Positions 40,901 through 49,913 are shown, counted from the first letter of the stretch. The stretch is DNA of 52,548 nucleotides from an uncultured Methanosarcinales archaeon (GCA_964647565.1 CAZYIM010000015.1:1-52548), one strand, 5' to 3'. Notes: generated by a model from the letters alone, not told the origin. A program made the numbers and translations.

Positions 40901-43569
40901 CATTTTATGTTGATACTGTATTTCCCAATATAACCGGTCAGGATCCTGCAAATAATTCTCAAAGAAATCATAATGGTACAAATGTATCCTTCTATGTTAA
41001 CTACACTGAGAGTTATGTTGATTACATCCAATTATTTTGGAATTCCAGTCAATCAGCTTGGACTAATATTAACTTTACTGGTTGCCCGTCCGGAGCAGAT
41101 CAACAGTGTGCTCCAAGTATTAACCTTTCAACCTTTCCTGACGGTACATTTATCTGGTATTTCTTCAGGATTCTCGATCTTGCCAATCAGTCAGAAAACA
41201 GCACAATATATAATTTTGAATTAACATGTGTTTCTAATTGGACCTTGAATACTACATGGTCTGCATGTGATACTTCAGATCTTCAATATAAAAACTACAT
41301 TGACCAGAATAATTGTCCAGCTGCAGTTCCCCCTGATCCTATTAATCAGAGCTGTAACTATTGCACCCCGACCTGGATGAATGCTAATGAGAGCTGCAGG
41401 ATCAATGATAGTTACCTTGTCGGTTATTCTTACACTAATTCTTGTTGTGCTGATACTGGTTTGCAATCAGATTGTACAATTCCTAATAATTCATCTGCCA
41501 GCTGTAACTACTGTACCCCGAGTTGGGAAAATGTTAACAGCAGCTGCAGGATCGATGACACATTTGCAATTGATTATTCTTATAATAATAGTTGTTGTGC
41601 AGATACAGGTCTGCAATCTGACTGTACAATCCCTAGCAACACATCTAGTACTTGCAACTACTGCACGCCTACATGGCAGAATATCAATAGCAGCTGCTAC
41701 CAGAACGAAACCTATTCGGTAGGATACTCTTACAATAACACTTGCTGTGCCGACACTGGATTGCAGACAGACTGCATAATAACTGACAACTCAACAGATT
41801 ACTGTGATTATAATAATGATAGTCTTTGGGGTAATGTCAGCAATATAAACACTAATCTGGAGAACTTGAGTGTCGCCATAACAAATAACATAACAATAGA
41901 GTTTAAGCAGGATAATGATACAGTTGTTGAGTTGGAACATAATACGTCAGAAACTCCTTTGAATATCTTTAATGTAACCATAGAGAAACAGGATAATTCG
42001 AGTGAAATTGGCAGTCTTATTATTATAGGTATAAACCTTTCTGAGAATAACACCAAGACTGTTTTTGTTGATCGCCTGAACACTTCCATATTTTCTGTTT
42101 GTATCAAAGATTCTGCGATATTAAACATCTCTGAGATAAGCGCGGCATGCAACAGCACCAACGAAACCATGGTACCCTGTAATGGCACATTAAAGAATGG
42201 CTACAACTGTTCTTTGTTGGCCAATAATACCCGATATAGAATATCTGGGCTGGTTCATTCAGGAGCAGTTGAAAAATCATGTTCAGAGAATTGGGATTGC
42301 ACTGGATGGTCTGCATGTGTTGGTAGCTCCCAAACAAGGACATGTACTGACTTGAATGCTTGCGGTACATCCTCTGATATGCCCTCATTGATCCAAGCCT
42401 GTACGCCTGGCGGGGGCGGAGGCGGTGGAGGTGGCGGAGGGGGTGGCACCTCAGAGAAAGAATATTCCAAGCTTGTCTCTAGAATCCTTGCTAGGGATGG
42501 TCTGGATCTTGAGATTGACAAGAAGTTGATCCCTGTCAATAGGATCTTGGTTTCTGTAATCAATGATGCTTCCAATATCAGGATAAATGTTGAGGCCTTT
42601 GATAAAAAACCTTATGGAGTTACCAATGAGTTTGATAGATTATGGTTTGCATATCTTAAGGTTTTGGCAATTGATCTTGATCCTGCTAACATTCGGAATG
42701 GCAAGATTTTTTTCTGGGTCAACAAGAGTTGGCTGCAGAATAATTCTCTTGCTAAAGATGAGATTGCACTTTTCAAATACATTGATCATAAATGGATAGA
42801 ACAACTTACTAAATTCTTAAGTGAGGATGAACTGAACGTCTATTATGAGGCTGAGACTGCAGGTTTTAGTTATTTTGCCATAGGCAACCAAGTTATTGAA
42901 ACGCCTAAACCTCCTGTTGTGGTAGTTGAACAAGATGAAAACAAGACAGTAATTGAAAATAAAACAGATGTGGTTGTACCAGGCGGTGATAGTGGAAGCA
43001 TAATTAAACCACCTTCTGAATCGCCAGATGTTGATTGGTCCAATTCTTTTATAGTATTTATTGTTGTAGCCATGATTGTGGGAATACTTGTGATTGTTAT
43101 TGTTAATCTGTATCAAGCCGGAAAAGAAAACTATACAGATAAGGATTTTGAAAAAGGCCTTGAGAAATATAACAAGATGCTTGATGTCTATAATCATGTT
43201 TCAGTTGGCAAGAAGAAGCTCTTATATGCTAAATTGAATGATATGTATAAGGAACTGGCACCTCAGATCAGTAAGAAGATGATTAAGCAGATTCAAGCAG
43301 AGATTGTCAGAATGCAGAAATTAATTTCAGAGAAAGACTATAAGGACAGTAGACGTGAATATGAAATTATTCTACGTGATTATAAATTCTTGACCAAATC
43401 AGATAAAGTTAAGCTATACTCCACTCTATATAGAGCACATGAAGATCTGATGAAGCTTCATAAAAAATTGGTTAAGCCAAAAAAAGTCACAAAACCTAGG
43501 CCCAAAAAATCCGCGCCAGTAAAAAAAATACCCAAGGCGAAAGCTTCCAGACCTGTGAAGAAAAAATGA
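37993..43569 (+). CDS. Large membrane-anchored subtilase (S8) with Ig-like, Cys-rich and PGF-pre-PGF domains
   Basis: Signal peptide. Triad VVDTGID / HGTHCAG / GTSMSAPHVAG. Poly-Gly linker, AGFSYFAI, C-terminal TM and a basic cytoplasmic tail. Confidence 0.92.
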   Translation: MRFTIANKLIVFLIILVLVASISALAKPNKTPFFSSNNDLITQSNTQQDISVIIVLKFQPLSSTASEIKSGYRVSLEKYRERIDKLMGRRQPIVPRGYNEMISQEQQEHELREIGADSAYRGFMSRLSTEKLNNLRENQQKLDDLQDQIKTHIFERQEALVKSDQSQISSIVEDCGGIVVGDSVVISSVYAIIPSSCLDNIKNNDLVADVYENKKQQINLNISVPTTLATTWYANGFNGSGWDIAVVDTGIDESHPALIVSSAAVFHATGQLDADYDDNFTSTDDFNGHGTHCAGIVASQNTTFKGIAFGADLINAKFGWRGLDGNGYGYDSDSFDAMDWAINTAGADVISRSFSMCSIGSADCALARYLDAVVDDLQVHAVNSAGNSGPSGSTVGGVAYNAFSVANMHDSISIARTDDFLLSTSSRGPTVDWRVKPDITAPGTIISSCAHDWETSDDFISYSGTSMSAPHVAGAVALVLDYKGYNWDPKAVRALLFNTAENNYFNDPTAFGWGYIDLDHAYVHRDDVILENLTEAEHLYYKGNVFTGDKATLVWNRHVIYAGSEEPSTLYALNDLDLYFYNESNNYVINSSLSGSDNVEQVKADTNYTDVILKVHAYTLNFNHGSDTEEFALAMEENFVQMTGPNISIEQSLPALASNQTNFTIIATASNLGDIYAHNVNVTLSLPNGLAILSGANPQQLGSIANGSSKNATWILNASTGEITYQNVTVFFNTSSFGENESEESSEGSVFVTGGDVNVESNGTSDQASCDDNQSVNEITGIGPVGEYHLAGGNITLMINWTGWHNGDDNHWAFFMNTSAQPIGTCKSYYNDSPYLTYTLNCSITIPNNATIGLNVINITVDDKNGYCIPGENGVDAEGFTTFNISQGPNISIQSPVDNRYYTSSRVLLHITTGEDVQWIRTSFDNASNVTECNDCNTTMRNFSFLTEGKHSLDVYTLDYLSNTYYRNATFYVDTVFPNITGQDPANNSQRNHNGTNVSFYVNYTESYVDYIQLFWNSSQSAWTNINFTGCPSGADQQCAPSINLSTFPDGTFIWYFFRILDLANQSENSTIYNFELTCVSNWTLNTTWSACDTSDLQYKNYIDQNNCPAAVPPDPINQSCNYCTPTWMNANESCRINDSYLVGYSYTNSCCADTGLQSDCTIPNNSSASCNYCTPSWENVNSSCRIDDTFAIDYSYNNSCCADTGLQSDCTIPSNTSSTCNYCTPTWQNINSSCYQNETYSVGYSYNNTCCADTGLQTDCIITDNSTDYCDYNNDSLWGNVSNINTNLENLSVAITNNITIEFKQDNDTVVELEHNTSETPLNIFNVTIEKQDNSSEIGSLIIIGINLSENNTKTVFVDRLNTSIFSVCIKDSAILNISEISAACNSTNETMVPCNGTLKNGYNCSLLANNTRYRISGLVHSGAVEKSCSENWDCTGWSACVGSSQTRTCTDLNACGTSSDMPSLIQACTPGGGGGGGGGGGGGTSEKEYSKLVSRILARDGLDLEIDKKLIPVNRILVSVINDASNIRINVEAFDKKPYGVTNEFDRLWFAYLKVLAIDLDPANIRNGKIFFWVNKSWLQNNSLAKDEIALFKYIDHKWIEQLTKFLSEDELNVYYEAETAGFSYFAIGNQVIETPKPPVVVVEQDENKTVIENKTDVVVPGGDSGSIIKPPSESPDVDWSNSFIVFIVVAMIVGILVIVIVNLYQAGKENYTDKDFEKGLEKYNKMLDVYNHVSVGKKKLLYAKLNDMYKELAPQISKKMIKQIQAEIVRMQKLISEKDYKDSRREYEIILRDYKFLTKSDKVKLYSTLYRAHEDLMKLHKKLVKPKKVTKPRPKKSAPVKKIPKAKASRPVKKK
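41353..41802 (+). repeat. Three in-frame 150-bp repeats encoding a 50-aa six-Cys module
   Basis: CNYCTPxW.N.N.SC...YSY.N.CCADTGLQ.DC.I occurs three times. Confidence 0.9.
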
Positions 43570-43937
43570 ATAGCGGTGCTTACTTATTGATTATATTCCT
43601 GAATAAAAGTTCTAAAATCCGAATTGGTAAGCTAGGAACGATTTTTTTCAAGAAAGGATGGTATGTCTATGTTGGCAGTGCCATGAACAATCTAGACGCG
43701 AGGATTGAAAGGCACCTGTCTATCAGGAAAAAGATTCATTGGCATATTGATTATTTTCTAGCTAAGGCGAGGATTGTAGATGTTATTAGGAAACCTAGCA
43801 GGAAAAAACAGGAATGCATCCTTAGTAGGAATATATTGAAATTATCGAATGATTCTGTGTTTGGCTTTGGATGCAGTGACTGCATATGCAAGAGCCATCT
43901 ATATTATTTTAAGAATAGACCTATGATTTCTGATTAG
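43566..43937 (+). CDS. GIY-YIG nuclease family protein (DUF123)
   Basis: GAYLL..GWYVYVGSA..RIERH..HWHIDY..EC..GFGCSDC.C.SHL. Confidence 0.9.
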   Translation: MNSGAYLLIIFLNKSSKIRIGKLGTIFFKKGWYVYVGSAMNNLDARIERHLSIRKKIHWHIDYFLAKARIVDVIRKPSRKKQECILSRNILKLSNDSVFGFGCSDCICKSHLYYFKNRPMISD

Positions 43938-44523
43938 AGTCCAAAGCCTGATCAACAAAGATCCAATCATCCGGCCAGTCATCTTTCATGATACCCTTTT
44001 CCATATTCTTATATGGCAGATAGTTGTGATGTCTTCTTAATGTGTGGGTTATCTTGGCAACAATGACCTCTTCAATTGCATCCGCGCCTAGTTTGCTTTT
44101 TACATAGGGTATAAATTTGCCATTAAATTCATCAACCAGTTCTGCATCGCTTCTGGCATCCATGATAATTAACAAAGCAAGGCAGCCGCTCTTCTCTCCA
44201 AGGTACGATAGGCTGATATAGCTTGACCGAAACTCCATGAACTTGTTATCATACTCTATTGATGTTAGAAAATCTTCTCTGGTGACGCCAATCTTGAATT
44301 TCAGGATATATAGCTGTTTTGCATTAAAACCACCAGTTCCGTCTATACCTGTATCAAAAGATGTGAAGTATCTCAGCAGGCCTTCAGTCTCCAATTGTTT
44401 TCTTTTCCTGTTAACAGTCATAACAGGTATCTTGGTTCTTCTTCCTATTCCGTTATCTGAAATTCTCGGATTTCTGATTAGTTCTTTAACTATTTTCTTC
44501 TCATGAGCATCTAGTTCTCTCAT
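43921..44523 (-). CDS. Lrp/AsnC-family transcriptional regulator
   Basis: LDAHEKKIVKEL..NPRISD..IP..TVNRKRKQLE.EG. Confidence 0.85.
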   Translation of the reverse strand: MRELDAHEKKIVKELIRNPRISDNGIGRRTKIPVMTVNRKRKQLETEGLLRYFTSFDTGIDGTGGFNAKQLYILKFKIGVTREDFLTSIEYDNKFMEFRSSYISLSYLGEKSGCLALLIIMDARSDAELVDEFNGKFIPYVKSKLGADAIEEVIVAKITHTLRRHHNYLPYKNMEKGIMKDDWPDDWIFVDQALDSNQKS

Positions 44524-44588
44524 TAAAACACCCCCTTGATATGAATATATCAGGAAAAGAAGGAATCATATATAAATATAACTGAGAT

Positions 44589-45731
44589 TTAACTACGGTT
44601 CATCTCTATTTTACTGTGCGTCGTTTGGACAACAGGGAATTCCGTCATTACATAGCGCATGGCTTCCTTGAGTAGTTTGGTGTTTTTATAGGTCTTCAGC
44701 TCTAGTAAATAATATGGTCTTTTAGCATTGATAAAATCAACAGAAACCAAAAGCTTCGGATCATTAGCAATCTCTCTTTCAAAGCGGATCCTTGGCGATC
44801 TAGTTTTTTTATGTATCAAGGATTTCAATAATTTTTTTGCCTTTTTATCCTTAATATCATCCAAATTAGTTGGCATTTTCTGGTCCAGCACAAAAAACAA
44901 TTTTTCTTTCTTTATAGGGAAAAACCTATGCTGGCTCATCTCTGTTTGAGTAATTTCACTAGCCCTTGTAAACACGATCTGTGCTGTTTGCATCCAGCCA
45001 TTTCTATCTCGGCTGCATCTCTGTCTCAATCTTAACTTCGGACTTCTGCCAGAAAAAATCGGAATTTTACTATCATAATAAATATCATTATACATCAAAG
45101 GTCTTGAAAATCTACTGATATTGAAACGTCGCGATATCTGATCAAGAACATCTTCTGGCTTTTTCTTGGCACTGATAAAGAATCTTGATTCATAATAAGA
45201 TTCAAAGCCAAAACCAATCTTTTTTAACTTTTTCTTGAAAAGTAAATATCTTAGCTCATTAAAACCAACCTCTAATCCTGAGACTGCAAAGACGGCAATT
45301 ATAAAACTCACTGCCGCAAGAATCCATACAGGTGTTTGTGGATAAATAGCAATACCTAGAAGCATAAGAACTGCATAAATAGGGTCGTGGATCAAAATAT
45401 CTTCTGTAAGGCTCTTAAATCCACCCCTAAACGCCTTGGCAAAATAACTTTTAAAGCTTGCTCGTTTCTTTTTTGGAGTTGTTCGATAGACATCTAATGC
45501 TTCCTTGAAATGCGCAGGAAAAAAACCAATCTTTTCAACAATTGGGCCTGTCAAAGCCAAGACAATAGGTACAGTCGCAAAAAGTCCGACAATGGCTGTA
45601 CCGATGATGTTGATGACCATTGCGATTGCCTCATCCCTGCCAAATCTCTTGAAGACATCCCAGAACGGATTCTCAGGTACATGGATAGGGGTCTCCGAAA
45701 CCTCTTTTGGAAGAAGATCAATATCAGACAT
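44589..45731 (-). CDS. Membrane protein with a C-terminal CYTH/VTC-like domain
   Basis: Four N-terminal hydrophobic segments, then YESRF, YNDIYYD, LRLRQR and LLELK. Confidence 0.6.
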   Translation of the reverse strand: MSDIDLLPKEVSETPIHVPENPFWDVFKRFGRDEAIAMVINIIGTAIVGLFATVPIVLALTGPIVEKIGFFPAHFKEALDVYRTTPKKKRASFKSYFAKAFRGGFKSLTEDILIHDPIYAVLMLLGIAIYPQTPVWILAAVSFIIAVFAVSGLEVGFNELRYLLFKKKLKKIGFGFESYYESRFFISAKKKPEDVLDQISRRFNISRFSRPLMYNDIYYDSKIPIFSGRSPKLRLRQRCSRDRNGWMQTAQIVFTRASEITQTEMSQHRFFPIKKEKLFFVLDQKMPTNLDDIKDKKAKKLLKSLIHKKTRSPRIRFEREIANDPKLLVSVDFINAKRPYYLLELKTYKNTKLLKEAMRYVMTEFPVVQTTHSKIEMNRS

Positions 45732-45772
45732 CTTTTGAATAATAGTGTGGAGAGTTTATAAATATTTCTTAT

Positions 45773-46156
45773 AGAAAATATGGGTCTCTGGGGACTGAAA
45801 GTTCTCAGAAATTCAACTCCTTTGAATTTGGTTCTTCGGAGTTGAATTCACCCGGACTGTTTCGAAACGCTTTTGCTTTCGAAACTCGAACAAAACGTAG
45901 TTTTGTGAAGATGTTCGAGTCCGTAGCATAGTCTGATGTCTATGCTGGCGTAAGCTTAAGAAAATATGGGCCTCTGGGAACTGAAAGTTCTCAGAAATTC
46001 AACTCCTTTGAATTTGGTTCTTCGGAGTTGAATTCACCCGGACTGTTTCGAAACGCTTTTGCTTTCGAAACTCGAACAAAACGTAGTTTTGTGAAGATGT
46101 TCGAGTCCGTAGCATAGTCTGATGTCTATGCTGGCGTAAGCTTAAGAAAATATGGG
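45773..46156 (-). repeat. 2x186-bp tandem repeat made of the tRNA-Val 3' end interrupted by hairpins
   Basis: Units 45773-45958 and 45959-46144 differ by 2 substitutions. The anchor agaaaatatggg recurs at 45773, 45959 and 46145. Confidence 0.93.
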
Positions 46157-46267
46157 CCCACCCGGACTCGAACCGGGGATCAATGCCTTTCATAAGCACA
46201 ATTTCTTATGCTCTGTAAGGGCACTGTCATAGCTTCTAGCCAATTAAGGTCACTAGACCATGGGCCC
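46153..46267 (-). tRNA. tRNA-Val(UAC) with two introns (D-loop 18/19: 46234-46250; 37/38: 46189-46213)
   Basis: Acceptor GGGCCCA/UGGGCCC-A, GUGCC-CU-UAC-A, CCCGG-UUCGAGU-CCGGG. BHB helix CUAG/CUAG in the D-arm. Confidence 0.93.
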
Positions 46268-46339
46268 ATAAGTGGTGACACGTAGCTTAGCGTGCACACT
46301 TATTCATAAAAGACTCCTATTTGCTTTAAATAGTTTTCT

Positions 46340-47605
46340 TTATTTCTTTGCACGTTTATCCTTGAAATGCCAGAAATGATGACCTCTGAAATAGGCCTCT
46401 GTTACATGTATAAAATGGTGTTTTTTTAGTTCAAGGACTTTTTTCTCAATCAAGTGCAGGGTCTTGGTGTAAGAGATGAAATAAAGAGCTCCAACAACTA
46501 GGCCTAGTGCTGAGAGCAGTTTGAATGTGCTTTCAAAACCAATCCTGGTAATGATGGATTGAGCTATCATGCAGATGATGAAAGTGCCAATTCCATAACT
46601 TGACTTTAGTAGGGCATTGGCAAGGCCATGTTCCTCTTTGGGCGTCATCTTGACGACAATAGACGATAGCTTTACATTTGCGTTATATGTGTTGAATCTA
46701 ACAAATGCCGCAGAGATGAAAAGACCTATTGTGTTGGTAAATGTGCCTATCAGGTAGTTGCCGACTGCGCCTAGTAAGAATCCTGTTGGGATCAAGAACT
46801 TTGATTTAATACCATCGGCAAGCTTGCCTATTGGTATCTGGATAAATGCCATGAAAAGACTGAGTACAGAGATGAAGCTTCCTATTGCAACATAGCTCCA
46901 AGCTAGGTTTTCCTTAAGGAATATAGGGAAGAAGGTGCCAAAAAACGAGGATAGCATAAAAGCCATCATCATTGTTACCCATACCTTCATGAAACTCTTT
47001 TTCTTGATGACATCCATACTTTCCTGGTAGAATGACATCTTCTGCTCTTTTATCTTAGTGCCTTTGATAAAGCCCACCATCACTATCGGTGGTATGAAGA
47101 TATATGCTGACATTGAGAAAAGAAGCGTGTAGCCTGCTGAACCTATGATGACGCCTGCAAAATAGGGGCCCAGGAAGGCTCCTGCAATCGCCAGCATGAC
47201 CATGACTGAAAAATATCTGCCTTCTTTTTTAGGAGGACAAAAATCAAATAGGCTTGCTGTCATACCTGTCCAGAAGACGCCCATTGCAGCCATTCCTAGG
47301 ACATTAAGGATTAGCAAAGGCACATATGCTTTTGCATATATCAGACCTGAAGCAAAAATAAAATTCATGATAATTCCTGTCAGGATCAGCTTTCTCCTGC
47401 CAATCTTGTCACATTTGGCACCCGCAGTTATCCTAAGGACTGCATCTCCGAGGCCTGCTATGGCCACAAAGAGTCCGACTGTGGCGATTGAATAGCCAAG
47501 GTCCTTGATATAGATGGGAAAGAAGCTTCTGCCCAGGCTGTTGCCCAGCGGAAGCAGGAATGCAAGGATGTAAATGATGATAAGACTCTTGTTTATTTTA
47601 AACAT
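46340..47605 (-). CDS. MFS transporter
   Basis: 12 TM. GAKCDKIGRR and GKLADGI motif-A copies. His-rich C-terminal tail. Confidence 0.9.
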   Translation of the reverse strand: MFKINKSLIIIYILAFLLPLGNSLGRSFFPIYIKDLGYSIATVGLFVAIAGLGDAVLRITAGAKCDKIGRRKLILTGIIMNFIFASGLIYAKAYVPLLILNVLGMAAMGVFWTGMTASLFDFCPPKKEGRYFSVMVMLAIAGAFLGPYFAGVIIGSAGYTLLFSMSAYIFIPPIVMVGFIKGTKIKEQKMSFYQESMDVIKKKSFMKVWVTMMMAFMLSSFFGTFFPIFLKENLAWSYVAIGSFISVLSLFMAFIQIPIGKLADGIKSKFLIPTGFLLGAVGNYLIGTFTNTIGLFISAAFVRFNTYNANVKLSSIVVKMTPKEEHGLANALLKSSYGIGTFIICMIAQSIITRIGFESTFKLLSALGLVVGALYFISYTKTLHLIEKKVLELKKHHFIHVTEAYFRGHHFWHFKDKRAKK

Positions 47606-47722
47606 TTAGACTCTTTTAGAAACCTAGTTTAATAAGTTTATCTTCCATTTTAGAGTGGTAAAGTTTTTATATTAGTTTATGTTTCTGTTTATAAAATCTT
47701 TATTTATTTGGGGTGGTAAAAT

Positions 47723-48892
47723 ATGGACAAAGTAAATGTTACAGACGTGACTACGGGAGATGCCGAATTTGGTCTGAATCTGATGCCATATCTGGGGAAT
47801 GGAAATGTAACCTTTTCTCCAAACAGCATTAGAACTGCTTTTTCTATGCTTCTGGAAGGAGCTAAAGGAAACTCAGCCAAAGAATTGGTTGATGTTCTCA
47901 AACTGCAAGAGGATGATCTTGTAAGGCAAGCCAGTTATACGGGGCTGTTGAAGCAAATGAACAAAGAAGTTGAAGGCTATAAGGTAAGGCTAGCTAATGG
48001 TTTATGGATTGAACAGAGCTGGTTAATGAACGAGGATTTCAAGAGTAAATTGACAGACTGTTATTCTGCAGTGGCAGACAATGTTGATTTTAAAACCAAC
48101 GCAGAGGATGTTATAGAGGAAATAAATGGCTGGGTAAATGAAAAGACAGAGGAAAAGATCAAAGAGCTTTTCCCTAGTGGATCCTTGAATGCAGACACAG
48201 TCTTAGCTTTAGTCAATGCCTTGTATTTCAAAGGTGAATGGGACAATAAATTCGATGATGAACTTACACAAAAACAGGACTTCACTCTTCTGAATGGTGA
48301 AACAGTACAAGTTGATATGATGAGGAAAGGGGAAGTTGAAATGAAACAAGATGAATATTTTTTGCTGCCCAATTTTCGTTATGGAAACTTTGATGATGTC
48401 CAAGCTGTAAGACTGCCATATAAAGGTGAAGAGATGTATAAAATGGTCTTGCTTCCGCCTGTTGACAGCGATGTTGTACAGTTGGAAGGTTTCTTAAGAG
48501 AACAGCCTGATACGCTTCTGGAATGGATGCAGAGAATGTATCATAGAGATTTTACAAGGCTCGAGATTCCCAAGCATGAAGTAAAAGGCAGCTATGACCT
48601 GATTCCATTCCTGAAAGATCTTGGTCTTTCAACAATTTTTCAATCAGGTACGGCAGAATTAAGTGGTATAGGATCAGGTCCCTTGTTTGTGAGCGCAGTC
48701 CAGCACGAAGCTTACTTCAAATCAGACGAGGAAGGCTCTGAAGGTGCAGCTGCAACAGGTATAGGTGCCACATTAGAATGTATGCCACCGCCGTCTGTTG
48801 AATTGGTGGCTGATAGGCCATATCTGGAATTGATTGTGCATGAACCAAGCAAGTCAATTCTTTTCATGAACAGGATTGCAGATCCAAGGTAG
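47723..48892 (+). CDS. Serpin (inhibitory-type hinge, no signal peptide)
   Basis: FSPNSI, INGWV.EKT..KI, NALYFKGEW, hinge EEGSEGAAAT and ADRPY..ILFM. Confidence 0.95.
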   Translation: MDKVNVTDVTTGDAEFGLNLMPYLGNGNVTFSPNSIRTAFSMLLEGAKGNSAKELVDVLKLQEDDLVRQASYTGLLKQMNKEVEGYKVRLANGLWIEQSWLMNEDFKSKLTDCYSAVADNVDFKTNAEDVIEEINGWVNEKTEEKIKELFPSGSLNADTVLALVNALYFKGEWDNKFDDELTQKQDFTLLNGETVQVDMMRKGEVEMKQDEYFLLPNFRYGNFDDVQAVRLPYKGEEMYKMVLLPPVDSDVVQLEGFLREQPDTLLEWMQRMYHRDFTRLEIPKHEVKGSYDLIPFLKDLGLSTIFQSGTAELSGIGSGPLFVSAVQHEAYFKSDEEGSEGAAATGIGATLECMPPPSVELVADRPYLELIVHEPSKSILFMNRIADPR

Positions 48893-48906
48893 AATTTTTT
48901 TTATTT

Positions 48907-49098
48907 TTATTCTTTTATTATCTCTAGAATTTTCTTTGCATTACCTGCGTGCCGGAACTCATCAGAGATAATTTCGTTAAAATCCTTTTTCACATCTTCA
49001 TCATCACAAGCAGCCAGAAGCTCTTGATACAACTTTACATACGATATCTCTAGTTCTGCTATTTCTTCGAACATCTCAATTAAAACTTCATTGCTCAA
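48907..49098 (-). CDS. Small ferritin/rubrerythrin-like half-domain protein
   Basis: ELE..Y..L..F.EI.SDEFRH (ExxH) motif. TTG start overlapping the upstream stop. Confidence 0.7.
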   Translation of the reverse strand: MSNEVLIEMFEEIAELEISYVKLYQELLAACDDEDVKKDFNEIISDEFRHAGNAKKILEIIKE

Positions 49099-49310
49099 GA
49101 TCCCACCTTCTCGATCATTTTGGAAATCATTTCCTTATGTTTTCGGGTTTCTTTAAGGTTTTGTTCCCAAAGCTCTTTAATTCTTAGGAATTTCTCATCT
49201 CCCGTACTCCTTAAAAGTTCCCATATATCTTCTGTATCATATTTTAGAACAAATTCCTCTTCCCAGTACTGGGCTTGCTTAAGCTTTTCTAAGAACTCTT
49301 GTTTATTCAT
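49095..49310 (-). CDS. Small ferritin-like half-domain protein
   Basis: WEEE..Y..L..ETRKH motif. Start at MNKQ. Confidence 0.6.
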   Translation of the reverse strand: MNKQEFLEKLKQAQYWEEEFVLKYDTEDIWELLRSTGDEKFLRIKELWEQNLKETRKHKEMISKMIEKVGS

Positions 49311-49366
49311 CGTATTTTTTATAGGTGAGTAATTTTTATAAACTTTCTGTTTAACCGAAAAAAAAT

Positions 49367-49807
49367 TCAATCATATACCTTTTCCTGTTTGCAGAGTTCC
49401 ATGGGTGGTGCGATTATATCTTTTATCTCAACATCATCAGGCGAGGCATTTATGTTTTCCATACCATTGACACTCATTCCCATTGGTGCAACCCACCTTT
49501 GGTATCGTTTGCTGCCACATTCACCATCTATGCAGAGCTTGTAGGTTAGGTGTAATGGGGCAGGTTCCTGGTTCTCAAGCCTAATCCAGGTCTGAGTCAC
49601 TCCATTTACTACTTTCTCTCTCTTTTCAAGGTGATAAGCTGGATTTTCCTTGGTTACACAGACTTCCTCATAATGGAAATTATCTTCTGTCCGGGGATCT
49701 TCACCGCCGCCTATACGCAGAAGAAATGAGAGTCCTGCGAGAACAAATATTCCTACTGCAACTATTACAAGAATCATCAAACCAGATATTTTTTTTTTCT
49801 TCACCAA
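49367..49807 (-). CDS. Hypothetical membrane-anchored protein
   Basis: Basic N-terminus, one TM, four Cys. GGTGA SD. Confidence 0.65.
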   Translation of the reverse strand: MVKKKKISGLMILVIVAVGIFVLAGLSFLLRIGGGEDPRTEDNFHYEEVCVTKENPAYHLEKREKVVNGVTQTWIRLENQEPAPLHLTYKLCIDGECGSKRYQRWVAPMGMSVNGMENINASPDDVEIKDIIAPPMELCKQEKVYD

Positions 49808-49913
49808 AACTAATCACCAATAGCTACGGGATAATAGGTTGTATTTATGTTTTTTGATAGCTTTAAGCACATCTCAGAAAGTTTTAAATAAAAACACCTC
49901 TCTCTGGTTTTAA

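Noticed and set aside
42409..42447. GC-rich GGN run
   Set aside because: It encodes the poly-Gly linker commonly preceding PGF-pre-PGF domains and is not a separate element.
45773..46144. Repeat units as spliceable or split tRNA halves
   Set aside because: Applying BHB cut rules to the hairpin inserts does not restore the T-loop or acceptor strand, and the 5' strand of the T-stem is absent.
45999..46199. 66-aa ORF
   Set aside because: It overlaps tRNA-Val and the tandem repeat, with no coding signature.
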